Below, piece by piece: positions 1-12,767 of a stretch of 64,000 nucleotides of DNA (positions within the stretch are counted from its first letter, which is position 1; each line of letters starts with the position of its first letter). The translations under genes were made by a program, and so were the position numbers. The stretch comes from an uncultured delta proteobacterium (lineage in GTDB: Bacteria; Myxococcota; Myxococcia; Myxococcales; Myxococcaceae): contig CAVYSY010000024.1 of assembly GCA_963771175.1 (NCBI GenBank), positions 231,227 to 295,226 on the forward strand, read 5' to 3'. The notes under the pieces are model-generated. The model saw only the letters and a list, made by a program, of their open reading frames with translations, did not search any database and was not told the origin of the DNA.

Positions 1-1
1 G

Positions 2-667
2 GACGACCTCAACCTGCGGCTCGCGCTGCGCGACAACCTGGAGAACCAAGGTGGATACGCCGTGGAGGAGGCGGCCACCGTGGCCGAGGCCCGCGCGCAC
101 CTGGCCCGGCGCATCTTCCAGCTCATCCTGCTGGACGTGATGCTGCCGGACGGGGACGGTTACACGCTGTGCCGGAGCCTGCGCCAGGAGGGGGTGACGA
201 CCCCGGTGCTGATGCTCACCGCGCGCACCCTCGAGGACGACGTGGTGCGGGGCTTCGAAGCGGGCGCGCAGGACTACCTGGGCAAGCCCTACCGCCTGCG
301 AGAGTTGCTCGCGCGCGTGGGGGCGCTGGTGCGGCGCGGCGGCGGAGTGCCCGTGCAGATGCTGCGCTTCGCGGGTTATCGGATGGACCTCGACCGGCGC
401 AAGGTGGAGACGCCCGACGGGAAGGCGGTGGAGCTGACCCGCACCGAGTTCGACCTGCTCGCCTTCTTCGTGCGTGAGCGCGAGCGCGTGCTGCGCCGGG
501 ATGAGCTCCTGGACGCGGTGTGGGGCCGCGACGTCGTCGTGGACCCGCACACCGTGGACAACTTCGTCTCCAGCCTCAAGCGCAAGCTGGGATGGAACAG
601 CGCCTCGCGATTCGCCCTCCAGACGGTGCGCGGCGTGGGCTACCGCATGGAGATAGAGGGCTCTTGA
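2..667 (+). CDS. OmpR/PhoB-family response regulator (5' truncated by window edge)
   Basis: REC motif LILLDVMLPDGDG, LTAR and KPY; winged-helix C-terminus LTRTEFDLL...TVRGVGY; frame open back to base 2. Confidence 0.93.
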   Translation, partial: DDLNLRLALRDNLENQGGYAVEEAATVAEARAHLARRIFQLILLDVMLPDGDGYTLCRSLRQEGVTTPVLMLTARTLEDDVVRGFEAGAQDYLGKPYRLRELLARVGALVRRGGGVPVQMLRFAGYRMDLDRRKVETPDGKAVELTRTEFDLLAFFVRERERVLRRDELLDAVWGRDVVVDPHTVDNFVSSLKRKLGWNSASRFALQTVRGVGYRMEIEGS

Positions 668-685
668 GTCCCTCCTGGGGGTAGC

Positions 686-1285
686 ATGCGCCCCGTGAGT
701 ACGGCGGGCGCCCTCCTCTTCCTGCTGCTGCTGGCCCTCCTCCTGGCGGGGATGCTGTCCATCGTCTTCCACTCGCTGCGGACCGGCATCTCCCCCATGC
801 CAACCTCGGGGAAGGTCCGCCGCCAGTTGCTCTCCCTGCTTCCCCCGGACCTGGAGGGCACCGTGCTCGAGCTGGGCTCCGGCTGGGGGACACTGGCCTT
901 CGCGCTGGCGGACCGCTGCCCTCGCGCCCAGGTGGTGGCCTTCGAGCTGTCTCCCCTCCCCTACGCCTTCTCGCGGCTGCGCCAGCGCCTCGCCCCACGC
1001 GCCAACCTCCGGCTCGCGCGCGAGGACTTCTTCCGCGCTCCCTTCTCGGGGGCCTCGGTCGTCGTCTGCTACCTCTTCCCCGGCGCCATGACGCGGCTGG
1101 CGCCCAAGCTGTCCGGGGAGCTCGCCCCGGGCACGCGCATCCTCAGCCACACCTTCGCGCTCCGAGGGTGGAAGCCCCTCCGTACCCTCGTGGTCGACGA
1201 CCTGTACCGCACCCCCATCTACCTCTACGAGGTGCCGGCCCGGGAGGGCGGTTCCGAGGCACCTGGCGCCGGACCTGGAGGGTAG
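686..1285 (+). CDS. Class I SAM-dependent methyltransferase with N-terminal membrane anchor
   Basis: VLELGSGWG motif I, VVVCYLFP, ILSHTF; hydrophobic N-terminus. Confidence 0.85.
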   Translation: MRPVSTAGALLFLLLLALLLAGMLSIVFHSLRTGISPMPTSGKVRRQLLSLLPPDLEGTVLELGSGWGTLAFALADRCPRAQVVAFELSPLPYAFSRLRQRLAPRANLRLAREDFFRAPFSGASVVVCYLFPGAMTRLAPKLSGELAPGTRILSHTFALRGWKPLRTLVVDDLYRTPIYLYEVPAREGGSEAPGAGPGG

Positions 1286-1417
1286 CCCGCGCGTCCGACT
1301 TCCCTCGGAGGTCAGGCGGCGAATCCGCCCTCTCCGGTCCTCTATTCATGTCAGACCCAACGGATACGATTCCTCTCGTCGCCGCGAGGGAAACGCGGCG
1401 CGCAAAGGGAGAGACTC

Positions 1418-2508
1418 GTGGCTGACATCGCGGACGGCGCCCAGGTCGAGATGCAGGGCTCCGGCGCCAAGCCGTACGTGCTGAAGAACGTCGGCGGCGT
1501 GTACTCGTGCACGTGCCCGGCCTGGCGGAACCAGTCCGTCGCCATCGAGCGGCGCACGTGCAAGCACCTGCGCAAGCTCCGCGGCGATGCGGCCGAGGAC
1601 GCCCGGGTGGGCGCCTCGGCGCCAGCGCTCCGGCCGAACGGTGACGCGCAACGTCCGCCCCGGGCGAGCGCGAGCGACACCGGCGAGGACACCGCGCCGC
1701 CCCGCCGCTGCTGCTGGCGCAGACCTGGGACAACGACGTCGACCTGACCGGCTGGTGGATGAGCGAGAAGCTCGACGGCGTGCGCGCCTACTGGGACGGC
1801 AAGCAGTTCCTGTCGCGCCAGGGCAACCTCTACCACGCCCCCGACTGGTTCACCGCGGGGCTGCCCGACCACGCCGCTCGACGGCGAGCTGTGGGTCGGC
1901 CGCAAGAAGTTCCAGCGCACGGTGAGCATCGTGCGGCGGCAGGACAAGAGCGACCACTGGAAGGAGGTCGCTTCGTCGTCTTCGACGCGCCGGCGGATCG
2001 ACGGCGCCTTCGAGGAGCGGCTCGCGCACTGCCAGCAGTACGTGCGAGGACATGGCGCCGCCGTACGCCGACTGGCTGCGAGCACGAGCCGCTGCCAGGG
2101 CCTGGCGCACCTGCGCGAGGAGCTGGCCCGGGTGGAGGCGCTCGGCGGCGAGGGGCTGATGCTGCGCCAGCCCGGCTCGCGCTACGAGGCCGGCCGCTCG
2201 TCCACGCTGCTGAAGGTCAAGACCTTCCACGACGCCGAGGCGCTCGTGGTGGGCCACTGGCCGGGCACGGGCAGGCACAAGGGGCGGCTGGGGGCGCTGG
2301 TGGTGGAGCTGCCCGACGGCACCGAGCTTCTCGGTGGGCACCGGCTTCTCCGACGCGGAGCGCGAGAACCCGCCCGCCCTCGGCACGCATCATCACGTTC
2401 CGCTACCAGGAGCTCTCCGACGGCGGCGTGCCGCGCTTCCCCTCGTACGTGGGGGTGCGCATCGACGCCGCGCCCTTCGAGGTCGTGGCCCGGCGCAAGC
2501 GCGCCTGA
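1418..2508 (+). CDS. ATP-dependent DNA ligase with N-terminal SWIM zinc finger (several frameshifts)
   Basis: YSCTCPAW...CKHL (SWIM); SEKLDGVRAYW (KxDG), DGELW, EGLMLR, LLKVK, GTGFSD, GVPRFP motifs spread over different frames. Confidence 0.88.
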
Positions 2509-2539
2509 GCCGGAGGCCAGTAACGACCCCGTCCAAAAG

Positions 2540-2570
2540 CCACGGAACCAGGAGCGTGCTGGTTCCGTGG
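2540..2570. terminator. Hairpin between convergent ligase and S8 peptidase genes
   Basis: 12-bp perfect stem CCACGGAACCAG/CTGGTTCCGTGG. Confidence 0.55.
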
Positions 2571-2626
2571 GTCTCCAATGACGGGCGCTTCAGCGGGCCG
2601 CCCTGCCCCACTGGAAGGTGGCGCGA

Positions 2627-3920
2627 CTACTTCTTGTCCTGCGCCGTCTCGACAGAGGGGCGGAAGGTGGGGTCGAGGAAGCCGGAGAACATCAGCCGGT
2701 TGGGCGAGCACTTGCCCGGGTTGCCCACCTTGCCAGTCGTGGAGTTGTCGACCAGCGCGGAGGTCACGGCGGCGGGCGTGGCGGAGGCGTTGCGCTCCAG
2801 GAAGAGCGCGGCGACACCGGCCACGTGCGGAGAGGCCATCGAGGTGCCACTGAGGACTCGGGTGGAAGCGTCATCGGTGGGCCAGGCGGAGAGGATCTGG
2901 TTACCCGGGGCGAAGACGTCCACGCAGCTCCCCCAATTGGAGAAGGAGGCACGCACGTCGTTGTTGCTGGTGGCGCCCACGGTGATGGCCTCGGGCGTGC
3001 GAGCCGGGGAGCGCGTGCAGGCGTCCGCGTTCTCGTTGCCCGCCGCGACCACGAAGGTGACTCCCGAGGCGACGGCCCGACGGACCGCGTCATCGACCGC
3101 ATCGCTCTTGCCGCCTCCCAGGCTCATGTTGGCCACCGCGGGGAGCTGCCGGTTGTTGGCCACCCAGTCCACGCCGGCGATCACCCCGGCGTACGAGCCG
3201 GAGCCCGCGCAGTCGAGCACGCGCACCGCATGGAGCTGGACGCCCTTGGCGACCCCGTAGACATTGCCTCCCACGGTGGCGGCCACGTGCGTGCCATGCC
3301 CGTTGCAGTCATTGCCCTTCTGGCCATCCTCGATGGAATCGAAGCTGAACTCCGCACGCCCACCGAACTCGCTGTGCGAGAATGCGGATGCCCGTGTCGA
3401 TGATGTAGGCATGCACGCCCCGGCCGTTGGCGTTGTAGAGGTAGGTCCGGTCCAGCGGCAGGTCGTGCTGATCGAGCCGGTCGATGCCCCAGGTGGCCTC
3501 GGGCTGGCTCTCGATGATGGACATCACCCCGTTCTGCTCCACGTACTCCACCTCGGGGGCGGCGGCCATTGCCCGGGCCTGCTCCTCGGTCATGCGGCTC
3601 GCGAAGCCCCGCAGCGCATGCTCGTACGTGAAGAACACGCTGCCGCCGAACCGCGCCGTGAGGTTCTCGGCGACCATCGCGGACTTGAGCGACTTCTCGC
3701 CCAGAGCGGGCGCCTTGAGGACGACGATGTACTCACCCGGCACCGCCCGTGCGGCGGTGATGAACTTCTCCTGGCGGGCCTGGGACTCGATGACCTTGGC
3801 CTGGGGGCAGGGATCCGAGGGCGGAGTGGTGGGGTCGGGAATGTTCTTCGCCGGACACGCCACCAGAAGGGACAGGGACACGGCGCAGAGAGACACTCCC
3901 GACACTGCTTGGAAACGCAT
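2627..3920 (-). CDS. S8 subtilisin/aqualysin-like serine protease lipoprotein with I9 propeptide (frameshift near 3385)
   Basis: Lipobox LVAC; WGIDRLDQ; triad motifs IIDTG, GHGTHVA and GTSMASPHVAG. Confidence 0.92.
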
Positions 3921-4067
3921 GCATTCCCCCAAGGAGAGGCAATCACTGGACTGCCGGTTTCATTGTACAGTGACGCCTGACGGTTCCCTGGCGTGACAGG
4001 CATCCGCGTCACACGTTCAACAATGGACGCGTGGCGTGGCAGCCGACCGAGTGTCTACCATTGGACA

Positions 4068-5366
4068 CTATTTCGCGGGCGGCGGCGCCAGGGCCTTGGG
4101 GGGCTCGGAAGGGGCCTCGCGTTTGAAGGGACTCCAGGACACCACCACCTCCTTGCCGGTGGCGTCGTGTCCATACAGGAAGTCGAGGATCTGTTTGATC
4201 TCGGCGGAGGACTCGGCGGGGCTCACGGTCACGTGGCCACGGAAGCCCCCGTGCTCGAGGGTCTCTTCCACGCGGATCACCTCGCGCCAGTCGCGCGTGG
4301 TGACGTCCGCCTGATCGTCCCAGTGCAGGAGGATGCGCTCGAGACGCTCCCAGGTGATGTCTATCTTTTCCGGGGCGCGCACCACCACGTCACTCCGCCA
4401 GCCACCGCCTTCGGGGTTGGGGCGCCAGCGGGAGATGCGCAGGTCGACGGGAGGTGGAACATCGGAGGGAGGCTGACCGCGAGTCAGCGCGAACGCCGTG
4501 GCCTCCAGCGGCCCGCCCCGCTCGAGTCGGGCCTGGAGCCTCACGGTGAAGCTCTTGATTTCGTGGGCGCCGAGTCCCTGGAGCGGATAGGCGTGCTCGA
4601 CGATGGGCTCGGCCGTGGTCGCGGTGGAGCCATCGCCGAAGTCCCACACGTACGCCGTGACACGCTCGCCGCCCTGGTACAGCGCCTGGAACGTGAAGGT
4701 CCCCTGCCCTCGCTGGGTGACGCCGAGGCGAAGCGGTTCGTGCCGCTGGCCCTCGCCCTCGCCGCACGAGCGCACGTCGATCTCCACATCTCGCTCGGCC
4801 AGCACACCGACGCGCCTCCCTCCGAGGTCCGTGCAGACCTGGAAGCGCACGCGGTACGAGCCAGCCGTCATGGGGGCCCGCCACTGGAGCGTCGGGCCGG
4901 GGTGCAATTCGGCGCCGCCTCCGGCGACGGGCCAGACCCAGCGGTAGACAGCACCCGGCTCGGGCTCACCGCCGATGCGGGCGGACAGACCCATGGATTC
5001 ACCCGCGCACACCCAGGGCCGATCCTTGTCGAGACCCTCGACCACCATGCTGGACGCGAGCGACACCCGCTCCTCGTGGAGGGCCGAGGAGAGCGCGTCC
5101 CCCGACGTGGCGGGCGACACGGGCACACGCGGGGCGGGCACGGGGGTCGGCGGAACCGGAGCTGCCGGGGACGACTCCACCCTTGCGGGGGGGCCACCCT
5201 CGATGACACGAATGGGAGGAGGAGGCCCGGCAGGCTCCCGCCGCGGCCATAGGGTGACGGCGAGCACCATCACCATGGCCATGACCGCGAGCCCCACGAC
5301 GGCGCCAGCGCGAGCCCTGGCGCCGGGGCGTCCCGAGATTCCTGGTGGCATGGGCGCGTTCCGCAC
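4068..5366 (-). CDS. Membrane-anchored PKD-domain protein
   Basis: N-terminal TM helix, Pro-rich linker, YVWDFGDGS...VEHAY PKD signature. Confidence 0.75.
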   Translation of the reverse strand: MRNAPMPPGISGRPGARARAGAVVGLAVMAMVMVLAVTLWPRREPAGPPPPIRVIEGGPPARVESSPAAPVPPTPVPAPRVPVSPATSGDALSSALHEERVSLASSMVVEGLDKDRPWVCAGESMGLSARIGGEPEPGAVYRWVWPVAGGGAELHPGPTLQWRAPMTAGSYRVRFQVCTDLGGRRVGVLAERDVEIDVRSCGEGEGQRHEPLRLGVTQRGQGTFTFQALYQGGERVTAYVWDFGDGSTATTAEPIVEHAYPLQGLGAHEIKSFTVRLQARLERGGPLEATAFALTRGQPPSDVPPPVDLRISRWRPNPEGGGWRSDVVVRAPEKIDITWERLERILLHWDDQADVTTRDWREVIRVEETLEHGGFRGHVTVSPAESSAEIKQILDFLYGHDATGKEVVVSWSPFKREAPSEPPKALAPPPAK

Positions 5367-5372
5367 GGCGCG

Positions 5373-6176
5373 CTAGAACCCGAAGTCGTTCAGGTGGCGG
5401 CGATAGCCTTGCGAGTTGGGCCGGTACCACTGGTCATCCCAGCCCTTGAACTCCACGTCATCGAGCAGGCGCTCGGTCTTGCCATTGAAGGAGACCTGGT
5501 TGATCAACTGCACCGCCGTCGAGCCCACGTTCCGGGAGACGAGCCGATCCGTGGTGTCGAGGTATTGGTAGGCATAACGGCTGCAGTAGTCCTGGTAGAA
5601 GCAACCATTGTCGCAGGTGCTCAGGTTGTTGTAGGTGGCGTGCTTGTCCTCGGCGACGTAGAGCGTGGGCCAGCCGCGATAGGCATTGCGCGAATCGCTG
5701 GCCGTGTCGTACTCGAGCTGGGAATACGAGTACCACGCCGACGAGTCACAGCTGCTCTTGCGGTGGGCGGACAGGTAGGCCCAATCGAGGTACCACCTGC
5801 CACCGGAGTAATGGAGCTCCAGGAGCTGGAACTCGGGGTCTCCGTCGTGGCCGGTGGTGACGCCGGAGTCCTCGAAGAAGGTGTCCATGTAGAAGACCTG
5901 CAGCGTGCGGGTGGAGAAGCTGGTGCTCTTCACCGCGTAGTAGGGACGCCGGGCATGGCCGCTCTCTCCGGTGTCGAACCAGAAGAGGGGCATGAACCAG
6001 TAGGCGAGCTGGTACTCGCAGTCATCGTTGAGTCCGTCCTGGTCGGCGTCGGTGCCGGTGCCCCAGCAGTTGTCACCATAGGGGATGTTTCCGAGACCAT
6101 CGGCACGGGCCGGCGTTCCCTTCAGGGCAAGCAACAATCCCAACGACACGACTGCGATTCTGGCGATGCGGGCCAT
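5373..6176 (-). CDS. Secreted Cys/aromatic-rich protein, possibly NPP1/Vps62-like fold
   Basis: Signal peptide (PARA-D), DADQDGLND Ca-binding-like loop, GHDGDPE, LSAH and [10 protein letters not shown] motifs. Confidence 0.65.
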   Translation of the reverse strand: MARIARIAVVSLGLLLALKGTPARADGLGNIPYGDNCWGTGTDADQDGLNDDCEYQLAYWFMPLFWFDTGESGHARRPYYAVKSTSFSTRTLQVFYMDTFFEDSGVTTGHDGDPEFQLLELHYSGGRWYLDWAYLSAHRKSSCDSSAWYSYSQLEYDTASDSRNAYRGWPTLYVAEDKHATYNNLSTCDNGCFYQDYCSRYAYQYLDTTDRLVSRNVGSTAVQLINQVSFNGKTERLLDDVEFKGWDDQWYRPNSQGYRRHLNDFGF

Positions 6177-6455
6177 TCGAGTCCTCCGGGGTGGGGGGGA
6201 CCGCGAATGCTACACGCCATCGGCCGCTTCAGGAGAGGCGTGGGGCCCGCTTTTCGTCGTCTCGGGACGGGAAGTCCGGCAGGCCACGGCCATCCACCCG
6301 TGGACCCGAGAGGGGCCATGGCCGTCCCCAAGGAGGGCACCCGGGCGGATTGCGGTCTGCCCGTGAATCGCGGCGGCGCTGGCTTCATCGCGCCGTTATG
6401 GCCATCCCCTTGAATTTACTTCTGAATCCCACCCAGTCCTGTAGAGAATGGCCAC

Positions 6456-8841
<2,386 letters not shown>

Positions 8842-8857
8842 CGCCGCGCCGGCACGA

Positions 8858-8890
8858 GAAGAAGGCGGGAGGAGACCTCCTGCCTTCTTC
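8858..8890. terminator. Hairpin between convergent glnS and CoA-transferase genes
   Basis: GAAGAAGGCGGGAGG-AGA-CCTCCTGCCTTCTTC. Confidence 0.6.
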
Positions 8891-8907
8891 CCCGCCGCCG
8901 TGGAGGC

Positions 8908-10435
8908 TCAGCCGCCCTTGGGGAAGGAGCGGCAGGCCTCGTCGTAGTCCTTCCACCAGCCCTCGAGGGCCTTGAGGTCGGTGGGGCGCGGCTCGTCGCC
9001 GCCGCCCGCCATGCTCAGGTAGTCGTGCAGCAGCGGCCGGAAGTGCGGGTGCGCGCAGCGGTCGATGATGTCCACGGCGCGGCGCCGGGCGAGCGGATCT
9101 CCGTGTTGAGCGCGAAGCCCTGCTCGGTGACGACGCACTTGATGTCGTGCTCGGTGTGGTCGATGTGCCGCACGTACGGCATCACGCAGCTCACCGTGCG
9201 CCCGTCCTTGCAGCTGCCGCATCGACGGCGTGTGCACGATGCTGAGGTAGGCGTTGCGGAAGAAGTCGCCGCTGCCGCCCAGCCCGTTGACGATGCGCGA
9301 GCCGTCGATGTGCGTCGAGTTGACGTGGCCGTAGATGTCCACCTCGATCGGCGTGTTCATCGCGATGACGAACAGCCGCGAGATGAGCTCCGGGCAGTTG
9401 GACAGCCACATCGGCCGCAGCACCAGCTTGTCGCGGCAGCGGTCGAACAGCTCGCTCGAACTCGCTGCGCCCCTCGGCCGAGAAGGAGACCGCGGTCGCC
9501 GAGGCGCACTCGAACTTCTCGTCGTCCTCGACGTAGCGCATCATCCCGTCCTGGAACACCTCGGTCCAGAAGCGGATCTTCTGGAAGGGCGAGTCGTAGA
9601 GCTCGCCGACGATGGCGTTGGCCACGTTGCCCACCCCGGACTGGATGGGCGGCAGGCGCTTGCCCCAGTCGAACCGCTCGCGGCAGCTGCAGGAGGAAGT
9701 CGATGACGTTCTGGGCGATGCGGCGGTCGGTGTCGCTCGCCGCCTTGAAGGGCACCGGGTAGTCGGGCGTGCTGCGACTCGACGACCGCCACCACCTTGC
9801 GCGTGGTCGAACTCGACGTAGGGCGTGCCGATGCGGTCGCGCACGTTGACGATCGGCAGCGGCCAGCCCACGTGCGGGTGCACCGGCGGGCAGCGACGAT
9901 GTCGTGGAAGCCGGTGTAGTCCGGCACCGCGGTGTTCACCTCGAGGATGATCTTCTTGGCCTTGGCCAGCGCCTCGGCGGAGATGCCCACCGACGAGGTG
10001 AGGATGACGCTGCCGTCCGGGCGGATGCGCGAGACCTCGACCACCGCCACGTCGATGTCGCCGTAGAAGCCGTACATCAGGTTGCGCGCGAAGACCGACA
10101 GGTGGACGTCGGTGAAGTCCATCTCGCCCGCGTGGATGAGCTTGCGCGAGGCGGCCGAGGACATGTACGGCCCGCGCTTGCGCGATGAAGGGCGCGATCG
10201 GGTTCTCGACCTCGTCCGAGAGCGAGGCGCCGCTGAGCAGGGTGATGCGGGTGTCGGGCGCGGTCTCCGCGAGGTGCCGGGCCAGCGCCGGGAGGAAGAT
10301 CTTGGGCTCGCCCGACTTGGTGAAGCCGCTGATGGCCACGGTGTTGCCGTCGGTGACGTGCTTGACCGCCTCCTCGACCGGCACGACCTTGGCCAGCAGC
10401 TCCGCGTTCTCGATTCGCTCCTGAAGTGTGCTCAT
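8908..10435 (-). CDS. Acetyl-CoA hydrolase / succinate CoA-transferase (multiple frameshifts)
   Basis: [57 protein letters not shown] motifs. Confidence 0.9.
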
Positions 10436-10675
10436 GGAGTGTCCTGCTCTAGTGCCGCGCGCCCCGGCTGTCCACGATACGATGTAACCCCCCTGGACCC
10501 TGGCGAAGGGAGGGTCCGAGCGCGGCCTTCCAGGGTAAGCACGGTCAGAAGGCGTACGGGCGGGCGCCTGCCAGGCCACCGGGTCGCGGCGCAGTGTCTG
10601 GCGCTACGGCTTCCAACCCTGAGAAGAGGACCCCACGCGGCCACCTGCAAGGGGCTCGGCCTGCCGCTGCGCGTC

Positions 10676-10780
10676 CCCTTACCCGTGTCCCCCTGATTTT
10701 ACTCGGACCATCTCACACCCACCTTGCACCACCTCATCCCACTCGAATCCGCGCTGGAGAGGCACGCTGGGGGCACATGG
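10676..10780. repeat. Diverged copy of the island-end (att arm) module at 22971-23093
   Basis: Shares CCCTTACCCG, TGATTT(T)ACTCGG, CCACCTCATCCCAC, CCGCGCTGGAG and GGGGCACATGG in the same order and orientation. Confidence 0.75.
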
Positions 10781-10832
10781 ACGTGCCCCATCACCACACA
10801 GGCCCTCATCTGTGACTGGTATGGAGGCGCGC

Positions 10833-12755
10833 ATGAGGAAGCGCATCCTGGATGGTCCAACGACTCGCTCCGCCGACCATGTGGCCGAGAACGTGGCGAA
10901 GCTGAAGGAACTGTTTCCCGATGCGTTCACGGAGGGGAAGGTCGACTTCGACGTACTCAAGCAGGTCCTCGGCGGGGCCGTGGACGAGCGCGAGGAGAAG
11001 TACGGGCTCAATTGGCACGGGAAGCGGCGAGCCCGCCAACTCGCGCTGACGCCGTCGACCGGGACCTTGCGCCCCTGCCCCGAGGAGAGCGTGGACTGGG
11101 AGACGCACCCAGAACCTCTTCATCGAGGGTGACAACCTGGAAGTCTTGAAGTTGTTGCAGAAGAGCTACGCCGGGAAGGTGAAGCTCATCTACATCGACC
11201 CGCCCTATAACACTGGCAAGGACTTCGTCTATCCGGACGACTTTCAGGACAACATCAAGAATTACCTGGAGCTGACCGGGCAGGTGGAGGGCGGACAGAA
11301 GATCACGTCCAACACCGAGGCGTCGGGGCGGTTTCATACGGATTGGTTGAACATGATGTATCCGCGGCTGAAGCTGGCGCGGGACCTACTGCAAGAGGAG
11401 GGCCTGATATTCGTCAGCATCGACGACGGCGAGCACGTTCGCCTGGCGGCGACGCTCGATGAGATTTTCGGGCCGGAGAACTTCGTCGCCAACTTCATCT
11501 GGAAGCGGAAGGCCGGCGGTGGTGACGACAGCGGACACGTTGCCGCGGAGCACGAGTACGTTGTTTGCTATGCGCGGGACCTGCCGCGAGCTGGCGTGGC
11601 TGCGATTCAGCACGAAAGCCCGGCGATGACAGCGAAATACAATCGTTCGGAGAACGGGCGCCGGTACTACCTGGAACGTCTCGACAAGACGAGCCTGACG
11701 TATAGCCCGTCGATGGACTTCGAGATTGAATGTCCGGATGGGACGAAGACTCGTCCGCCCCAGCCAGACCCGCGCGTGCCGACAACCATCTGGAGGTGGA
11801 GTCGCTCAAAAGTCGAGGAGAGGCGACAGGAGCTCGTGTTCGATCGCGACAATAAAACAAACGAATGGCGCATCTACACCAAGACCATGGAGTCCCTCGA
11901 CGGCGTAACTCCACGCAGCCTGCTGGTGGATACCGAGCATGGCCGGAACCGTGATGGCACCCAGGAGCTCGCGGAACTGCTTGGGACGAAGGTCTTCAAC
12001 AATCCCAAGCCGCTCAAGCTCCTGGGCCATCTGCTTTCGATTGGAGCGAAGGACAAGGACGCCGTGGTCTGCGACTTCTTCGCTGGCTCGGGGTCGACGG
12101 GGCACGCCCTCTTTCGCCAGAACCTGAGCGATGCAGGGCATCGGCGGTTCATCCTCGTGCAGTTGCCAGAGCCGTTGCATCCGGATGATTCGCGCGAGCG
12201 TGCCGCTACCGAATTCTGTGACAATCTCGGAAAGCCTCGAACGATCTCCAGAATTGACGAAGGAACGCCTTCGCCGTGCAGGCAAGAAGATTCAGGAAGA
12301 CGCCACGGCGAATCCCGGCGATCTCGGCTTCCGCGTGTTCAAGCTCGACAGCTCGAACATTCGCGCCTGGGAGCCGAACCGGGACGCGTTGAAGGACTCC
12401 CTCTTCGACAGCTTGGAGCACATCAAGGAGGGCCGGAGCCCGGACGACATCCTCTACGAGCTGCTGCTCAAGCTCGGCCTCGATCTGTGCGTGCCCATCG
12501 AGCAGCGGACCATCGCCGGCAAGACGGTCCACAGCATCGGCGGCGGCGTGCTGATGGTCTGCCTCGCCGAGAAGATCGCCGCGCGAGGACGTCGAGCCGC
12601 TGGCGCTGGGCATCGTCGAGTGGCACAAGGAGCTGGCCCCGGCCGGCGAGACCACCTGCGTCTTCCGCGACAGCGCCTTCGCCGACGACGTGGCCAAGAC
12701 GAACCTCGCGGCCATCCTCGAGCAGCACGGCCTGGCGAACGTGCGGAGCCTGTAG
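10833..12755 (+). CDS. mod: Type III restriction-modification methyltransferase Mod (frameshifts near 11105, 12250, 12585)
   Basis: EKYGLNWHGK, IEGDNLEVLK, YIDPPYN, WLNMMYPRL, DFFAGSGSTG, RRFILVQLPE; RBS GGAGG. Confidence 0.93.
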
Positions 12756-12767
12756 GAGCGTCCGGCG

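Noticed and set aside
10833..12755. Phase-variable mod (phasevarion)
   Set aside because: No simple-sequence repeat tract at the frameshift positions
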